A DNA stretch of 63,864 bases, the filler included, from Reclinomonas americana ATCC 50394 (taxonomy: Eukaryota): NCBI GenBank assembly GCA_048213135.1. It is 16 parts of 16 records of this genome, joined end to end, with 100 filler letters (N's around TTAATTAATTAA, not from the genome) between each part and the next. Parts side by side here need not be neighbours in the genome. Positions count along the whole stretch, not along the records: positions 45,030 to 55,809 come from AFZH01019399.1; positions 55,910 to 57,857 come from AFZH01019400.1; positions 57,958 to 62,452 come from AFZH01019403.1; positions 62,553 to 63,864 come from AFZH01019410.1; 12 more parts are not named here. The stretch is one strand, 5' to 3'. The translations under genes and the position numbers were made by a program. The notes under the pieces were generated by a model. The model was not told the origin of the DNA. It saw only the letters and a list, made by a program, of their open reading frames with translations, and ran no database searches. This document shows positions 52,925 to 63,864 of the stretch, in pieces (within the stretch, counting starts at the first letter, position 1; each line of letters opens with the position of its first letter).

Positions 52925-53068
52925 ATGCGGTGAAGCTCGCAGTTCTCGACTTGTTCGGAGCTCCGAGAGCGAACACACACACACAAGGAACCTGCTGCTG
53001 CCTCAAGATTGGTGATCGTGTTGATGTGCTGGATACGGTTGAACTTGGTCATCAAGACAGTCTGTTTG
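52925..53068 (+). repeat. Dispersed repeat family copy (related to 22370-22437 minus strand and 56940-57033)
   Basis: Shares GCGGTGAAG.TCGC.G.TCTCGACTTGTT with the 22.4-kb element and TGCCTCAAGA.TGGTG...GGATACGGTTG.ACTTGGTC.TCAAGACAG with the 57-kb copy. Confidence 0.75.
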
Positions 53069-53741
53069 ACAGAGAACGCTGCGATTAGAAGATGCAGGGA
53101 TCGATTTGAATTTCGAACAGCTGCGAACGAAGACGCCGGCGCCGCCAGCCAAGACGGGAATATGAAGGTATACCCCGAATAGGGTTGCGATGCTTCTATT
53201 GCTCGAGCGCTAGCAGGGGCATGCCTGGTCGCGAATCCGAAGAACAATCGCGTTGCACGCGAATTTCAAAGCCTGGAGTCGCCCCCCAAGGCAGGAATGT
53301 GCATGGATATCCCGAACACTCTTGCAACATTGCAAGTGGTCTTGCGCAGGTCCGCAGCACATTCTTGTTCGCGAATTCGCGAAATCGATGGAATTCGAAT
53401 GTCGAACATCTGAAACTGATGCCTGCCGCGACCGCTGCGTTCAAGATCGGTGTGTTCTCTTCCCCCTGATATTGCACTTCTGTAGCTCGTGCCGTTCGCC
53501 AGAGACATTCATGGTCACAAATCGAATTCGCATGCGCAGCGCATGCGCAGTCGACTTCGAATTTCGAACACCTGCAGCTGCAACTGCAATTGCAAGCAAA
53601 ACAGCCTGCCGCCGCCTGTATACATTAATATCCTGCATTCGCTGCTGTTGCTCGCAGCTGGGCAGATGGAAAAAAACGCAGAATGGCGCGAACCACCACT
53701 GTCCACCGCGAGCACTGTCCACAGTTAACTCACACGCAGTC

Positions 53742-57856
<4,115 letters not shown>

Positions 57857-58567
57857 CNNNNNNNNNNNNNNNNNNNNNNNNNNNNNNNNNNNNNNNNNNN
57901 NTTAATTAATTAANNNNNNNNNNNNNNNNNNNNNNNNNNNNNNNNNNNNNNNNNNNNCCTCCTTCCCACTCTCAATCTCTCCAGCACTCTTTGACAACCG
58001 GTTTGATCATTTATGAAGACCTGATCATTCAATTCCCGTTGGCAAGCCTCTCTCTTTGCGCTGTCATGCTCTCACTCTCTCTGTCCCCTCCTCCACCTGT
58101 TCCTCCTCTTCCTGTTCCTCTTTCTCCTCCTGTTCCTCCCCCTCCCCTCCTCCATACACCCTGTTGCTGTCTGATAATCATCCAGGAAGACCTGTTCATT
58201 CAGATTCTACCACTGTCTGTTTGCTTGCAAGGCCCTGTCTCTGTCTCTTATCACTCGTAACTGTCTCTCTCCTCCCCGCTCTCGGCCCCTCCTCTAAGTC
58301 CTCCTCCCTCTCCAGCTCTTGCATGATCAGACACTCGATTTCCGACAACTGATCATTCATGGAGGCTGTTCATTCTTGTCCCTTTGCCAGACACTCTCCC
58401 TGTCCCTTGTACACTCTCCCTGTCGCCTATGCCCTCAGCCTCCCATTGTCTCACTGCGACGTTCATTTTTGGACAACTATTCCTTTTTATCGCATTCGCG
58501 CCACACTCTCATCGCCTTCACACAAATCAGACTTCATCCACCTTGTTTTCCTGTGTCACCTTGAGCC

Positions 58568-60370
58568 ATGACCACCATGCACCGACTATCACTTCTCCTG
58601 CTGTCTCTTGTCTTGCTCTTTGCTGCGTCCGTGCACGCTGGCGGCGGCACGTGCGGCGCTCGCTTGCGCGGGTCCCGCATCGAGCCGCAGCAGCGACCTC
58701 ATCGTCCCATGATGCCGCTGGCGTTCAACACCACAGTGCAGTACACTGGCGAGCTGGGTGGCACGGTGACCACCAGAGTCTTTTACAATAAGGCACTGAG
58801 GTCCACTTGGGTTGCACGAAATAGAGAATTCTGGCATTTTTCTAGTTGGCTACTTACTTTGGCGCTTGCGTGCAGTCGGTACCGCTTGGACTCGTACGGC
58901 ATTCCCACGCCGCCGATGCTGGGCTTGTCGCGGCTGCCGGAGTCTGTCACGCAGCGATTGTTGAAGGCGAACAGTGGCGACGAGGACGGCGCGTACCCGC
59001 CGCTCGGTCTGTACACGTTCTTCTTCCACTACGACAAGGTGCGTCTCTTTGCTGAGAGGGTGGCGAGTGTATGGGAAGCTCACACTGCTTCTGAACAGGG
59101 TCAGCTGCTGTCGATCTGGCCGGTGCGTTGCGCGTGTTTGTCTCTCTTGGTCGGTTGTGACTCACGGCGGTGGTGGTGTAGGGCGACGGAAAGGCCACGT
59201 GCCTCATTACCGATGTTGCGTGCTGGTGTCAAGGGTGGAAGACAAGTCCCCTCGGTGACTCAATCCCATGTCACGCGCAGATCAACCCGGCCACGCCGCC
59301 GCCGCTCGCGCTCTCAAAGTGCGTGATTTTCGACGAGGAGCACTTGCCCTTTGATTCCTCCCTCATCTCTCGCCCACAGCAACGCCTACTTTGTCGGCAC
59401 CATGGACATCAACAACCGCACGTGCTCGCACTGGCGCGACGAGTATCTCTTCCTCACCACCGACATGTTCTTCGACAACGAGACAAATAATCCGGCAATG
59501 TGCGTCACTCACTCAGGGGGAAAGGGGGAGAGGGGTGAGAGGGAGAGAGTAAGGAGAGGGCGAAGAGAGGAGTATGTTCGTTTGTGTCGCGGTCATTATC
59601 GGCAATGTGCGTCACTCAGTCAGGAGAAGGAGGAAAGGGGGAGTGAGAGACTGAGTGAGCAAGTAATGAGTGCAATTAGGAGAGGGTGAGGGGAGGATCA
59701 CCTTCGTTTGTGTCGCGGTTGTTATATCTTGTTTTTTTGTGTGTGTGTGAGGAAAAGGTAGATGCCTGTCTTGTACCGGCGGTCTCTGCCACCGTCCAGC
59801 TTTGTGCTCTCAATCGCATGATATTACTTGTTGTGTCATACTCCATGCTTCTTTTCCGATTGTTTGCTTCCAGTAGAACTGTTGCATGCTCGTTGACATC
59901 AAGATTACCTTTGATTGTGTCGCGGTCATTATCGGCAAGCTATCTTGTATATTTTGTGTGTGAGTGACAGTGGTGTGTGAGCGCACCGTCCAGCTTTGGG
60001 CTCTGGATGTCATCGCATGATGTTACTTGTCGTGTCATACTCCATGCTTTTTGCTTCCGGTAGACCTGTTGCATGCTCGTTGACATCAAGATCACCTCAA
60101 GCTATCTTGTTTTATTTTGTGTGTGGGAGGGAAAGGTAGATGCCTGCCTTGTACTGGCGGTTTGTGCCACCGTCCAGCTTTGTGCTCTCCATCGCACGAT
60201 GTTACTTGTTGTGTCATACTCCATGCTTCTTTCCCGATTGTTGCTTCCAGTAGAACTGTTGCATGCTCGTTGACATCAGTTTTCCTCTGTCTGTCTGCTG
60301 CTTCGCCGTCGCGTTTGTATCTCAATATTCTTGCACGCCGAGGTGTGATGTGTGCAATCTCTCTCCTTCT

Positions 60371-60411
<41 letters not shown>

Positions 60412-60764
60412 TCTGTCTGCAATTTGCCTGTCTGCCAGTCTCGTTTGCTTTCCACGTAGTCAGGTGTCAGTGACTCTTTTTCTCTCTTTCGCCTTCTTCG
60501 TCTTGTGGGTGTGTTTATTTTCTCTCTCTACCTGTCTGTCTCGCTCGCCAATGTCAGCCGCGCGTGACACTCACCTCCAACTCTGTGCAGGTTGACTTTC
60601 GGCACCGACGTCTACACCTTTATCGATTTCATGGCCGGCCCGCAAGACATTACGTTCTTTGATGTTGCGTAACTGCGGTGCTCTGCTCCGTCTCCTGCCT
60701 TCTCACCGCCTGCTGTTGTCGCGTGCTGCAGCCGCCGGGCGACATTCCATGTAAGCACGAGTAA
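58568..60764 (+). CDS. Secreted/lysosomal ependymin-related (EPDR-like) protein
   Basis: Signal peptide, then PMMPLAFNT, FYNKALR-RYRLD, AYFVGTMDINNRTCSHW and the terminal FFD-PPGDIPCKHE*, which fits the FxxPxxC-type ending of the family. Confidence 0.65.
59725..60277. repeat. Intronic tandem repeat, three copies of a ~175-bp unit
   Basis: CACCGTCCAGCTTTG...GTGTCATACTCCATGCTT...CTGTTGCATGCTCGTTGACATCA occurs three times. The middle copy is internally deleted. Confidence 0.9.
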
Positions 60765-60821
60765 CGACGTTGTGGCGGATAGCAGAGAGAGAGAAAACAC
60801 CAAAAACTGTTGTTGTACTAT

Positions 60822-62344
60822 TCATTGTACTTTTCTGGTTTGCTTGCTTTCGTCGGCGGCGACAAGGGGTTTGGCGGTGTAGTGGCCGCCCGTGTTGTGC
60901 ATGAATGGGGCGTCGAGGAGGCCGAGGAGGCCGAAGTTGTAGTTGAAGCTTATGGGAGATTAGGGAAAGGCGGAGGGGAAGGGAGATTAGGGGAAGGCGG
61001 AGGGGCGCAAAAAGGGAGGGAGGGAGAGAGGGAGAGAGAGAGAGAGATAGAGAGAGAGAGGAAGCGGGAAAGAGAGACGGCAAGGGAGTGAGACGCAGAT
61101 TGCAACGGAGATTTGGGGAAGGAACGGGTTGCAGAGAAGGGAGAAAAGAAAAGAAATGGTGGAGCCAGAGAGCTAAAGAGGGAAGGGGAGGGGTGTAAAA
61201 GGGAGAGTGCAAGCGACAGAGACGCAGATTTCAAGGGAGGTCAGGGGTAGGAACGGGTTGAAGAGAAGGCGGACGAGGTGGGGAGCGGTGAAGGGGAAAG
61301 CAGATGTGAGAGAGCGAGCAAGCGAGTGGGAGAGAGAGAGGAGAAACTTGAAGAGAGAGCAAGCGAGAGACGAAGAATGCAAGGGAAAGTTGGGAAAGGA
61401 ATGGGTTGCAGAGATGGGGACGACGAGGGGGGATTGCAGATATGGGAAGGAGAGAGGGCCCAAGTGGGCGAGACACGCGGGAGAGAGCAACCAGAGAGAG
61501 GAGAGGAGAGAGAAGAGAAGTCGGAGCGAGTGCAAGCAAGCGGGATAGACGCAGAATGTAAGGGGATATGGAGAAGGAACGGGTTGAAGTGAAGGCGGAC
61601 GAGGAGGGGAGCGATGTAGACGGACAGCAGATGGGGTAAGGAGAGAGGGGAGCATGTGGAAAAGAACAGAGAGAGCAAGCAGAGAATTCCATGTCTTCCA
61701 CTCACCTGTAGTGGTGGTAATCGTGGAAGAGCGGCGAGTACGAGCCCACCATCCACGGGCTGCTCGGAAGAGAGAGTAAGTAGATGCAAATGGAAAGCGC
61801 AGCGCGACGGACGCAACAACTGGTACCCGCAGTGATGCGCACACGTGCCCGTGACAGCGATGACGGTCCAGATCCACACTGTCGACATGTGCGCTCCGAC
61901 CAGCATGGGGCCGGCGGCCAGCGGAAGCATGTTGCCGCACACGAATTCGACGGGATGCGCGTATTCGCTAAACGAGAAGGACGAGGTGAGAAACAGTGAG
62001 ACGCTTCGGTGTGTTTTCGACCCTGACTCACCTGGCGATCGCAATCGGCGCGGTGAATCTGTGAAAAGAGGGTGTCACGACGAGATGCGAAAGAGATCGG
62101 AAATACAGGCGCCGATACGCAACTCATGGTGGATCTTGTGGATTGGCCTGCGTGTGGAACGCCGATGAGCGACAACACAAACACACAGCAACGGAGCTTG
62201 CCACGTAACTCGTAGAACCACACATGCAGTGCGCGATGCGAATAATAGAACAGAACCTCCAGCACCAGCACCGAAATCGCCAGGTGCCACAGCGAAACCC
62301 ACCACGAGGGGATATCGTCAGGGTCCACCGATACGCCCGAGGCA
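60822..62344 (-). CDS. Fatty acid hydroxylase/sterol desaturase family protein (FAXDC2-like), 5' end in gap
   Basis: His boxes FYYSHRALH, IHKIHHEFTAP, EYAHPVE, HHCGYQFPW and FHDYHH, then FNYNFGLLGLLD. Stop TGA at 60822-60824. Confidence 0.92.
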
Positions 62345-62585
62345 CTGCGCGGGATACGGATTCGAACATGAGTCCGCCCAAACAAAGGATGAGAAGAGAA
62401 CGGAGAAAGAGGAGAAGGGGAAGGAAAAGGAGGAGAGTAGGAGGAGGAGAAGNNNNNNNNNNNNNNNNNNNNNNNNNNNNNNNNNNNNNNNNNNNNTTAA
62501 TTAATTAANNNNNNNNNNNNNNNNNNNNNNNNNNNNNNNNNNNNNNNNNNNNCACACACACACCAGCCACAGACGAGTGACCCAA

Positions 62586-63638
62586 CTAACTCGAGTCACT
62601 GTCGTCGTCGCTGCTGTAGTCTCCACCCCGCCGCCGACTCCCAAACTTCGGCGTGCACTCCAGGACCCACTGACGGCCCTGCTGCACCCACTTGGTCGTC
62701 ACCTGCACCGGCGAAGCGCGTCGCGAACGCGACAAGCACGCGCGCACGCGTCGCGCCCACACTGCTGCCGGCGACATCGAGGAGGAAGAAGACGACGAGG
62801 AGGAGAGACTGCGCATCCTTCGACGCGGGTGTGCGTCCTCCCACTCCCGCCAGTCTTCCCGCGCATCCAGCTTGCGCGCGCCACGCCGATCATAGTCACC
62901 GTAGCGCTCCGTGCGACGGCCACGCCCGTGCCACCGTCCGCCCGCTCCCAAATCTGCAGGCGATCGCGACCGCGATCGTGACCGCCACCGCCGGTAGTGA
63001 GCAGCAATCGATCGATACCGGCGATCGGGACTCCGGCTACGCTTGCGACCACGCCCTCGCTCGCGATACTCGCCGCGCCCGTCGCGCACAGGTGAAGGAG
63101 AGACGCAACGCCAGTGACCGGGATAGAGCTTCTTGCGACCGTGACGGATCTCGTCGGCACCGCAGCCGTCCTCGTCGCGATCGATCTCGGTCGTGGCCGG
63201 ATCGTCCCGACGCAGGCGCATATGCGTGTGGTGGCTGCGACTGTAGTCGCGCACCTTCGACGCTGTCACCGCCTCTCCGCGCCTCCGCCTCTCCGCGTCT
63301 GCCTCAAACTCGGCCTGCTCGCCGTCGACGTTCATGACGACTTCACGGTCAGCAGCAGCAGAAGCCGAGCGGCGACGATCAACCTCGTCATCGCTCACCT
63401 GGTAGCTGTACAGCATGCTGGCACAGCAGGTCGGCAGGTTGCGCAGGCGTCTGTGAGTGTCTGTAGGCGACGTCGACGTTCGAGCAGGCGAAAGGTAAGC
63501 TGGTGGTGGAGGAGGAGGTGGCGGAGGAGGAGGAGAGGAAGCAGGAGCAGTGAGGTCCAACGAACCAGGCAGCGGTGCACCCTTGCGTCGCAAGGGGCAC
63601 AGGGCCTCATACTCGGCCATCTCGATCTCGTCACTCAT
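62586..63638 (-). CDS. Arg/Ser-rich low-complexity hypothetical protein (possibly one in-frame intron)
   Basis: 350-codon ATG ORF with GC-rich coding bias, a poly-Pro stretch, RSRS repeats and a C-terminal TTKWVQQGRQWVLECTPK segment. Confidence 0.55.
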   Translation of the reverse strand: MSDEIEMAEYEALCPLRRKGAPLPGSLDLTAPASSPPPPPPPPPPPAYLSPARTSTSPTDTHRRLRNLPTCCASMLYSYQVSDDEVDRRRSASAAADREVVMNVDGEQAEFEADAERRRRGEAVTASKVRDYSRSHHTHMRLRRDDPATTEIDRDEDGCGADEIRHGRKKLYPGHWRCVSPSPVRDGRGEYRERGRGRKRSRSPDRRYRSIAAHYRRWRSRSRSRSPADLGAGGRWHGRGRRTERYGDYDRRGARKLDAREDWREWEDAHPRRRMRSLSSSSSSSSSMSPAAVWARRVRACLSRSRRASPVQVTTKWVQQGRQWVLECTPKFGSRRRGGDYSSDDDSDSS

Positions 63639-63864
63639 TCTCGTGTCACCAGCAAGTGAATGCGTGACAGAGAGAGGAGGACAGAGAGAGAGGCAGGAGA
63701 GAGCGCGGGGGAAAAGGTAAAGTGAAGAGGGGCGGGTGGCCTGCTCTCGCGAGAGACGAAAGAAGAGAAGAAGGTGAGTGTTGTCGGATTTCTCGCCGGG
63801 TTTTTAGCGAAATCGCAGGTCGACTTGTCGCGTTGCAATAAGACCCTCTCTCTGCCCCGAAAAT

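Noticed and set aside
53360..53570. Heat-shock elements
   Set aside because: GAA/TTC blocks mostly lack the nGAAnnTTCnnGAAn spacing over three units.
57995..58380. Three degenerate ATCAT...GAAGACCTG.TCATTC motifs as possible box C/D snoRNAs
   Set aside because: No convincing paired C (RTGATGA) and D (CTGA) boxes with terminal stems. More likely another local degenerate repeat.

Overview
Gene-dense, intron-rich nuclear DNA from a eukaryotic microbe, probably a flagellated heterotrophic protist (ALA synthase, Sfi1-like, FAM221A and PH-Akt genes). It is a draft scaffold with 15 N-gaps, each carrying an artificial TTAATTAATTAA spacer. About 20 genes can be built by hand: ALAS (3' exon), eIF2A, an orphan, RAB3GAP2, a UvrD/Srs2-type helicase, a Crinkler-type NTPase-REase, a small membrane orphan, TAF2, RPB4 (3' exon), a choline/ethanolamine phosphotransferase, Sfi1-like, two tandem WD40 genes, a 4-TM protein, FAM221A, an ankyrin protein, a bacterial-type GNAT, Akt/PKB, an ependymin-related protein, a FAXDC2-like hydroxylase and an Arg/Ser-rich orphan. 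Four observations stand out. (1) More than 20 introns use a +1-shifted 5' splice site (mainly non-G|GTTGCG), confirmed by restoration of conserved protein motifs, which suggests a major atypical splice-site class. (2) TAF2 splices in frame into three tandem prokaryote-type cyclophilin-like (DUF369/TM1367-like) domains. (3) The Crinkler-type effector has an apparently inactivated nuclease site. (4) Long introns have purine-rich 5' arms and pyrimidine-rich 3' arms. All family assignments come from motif recognition by eye, not from database searches.
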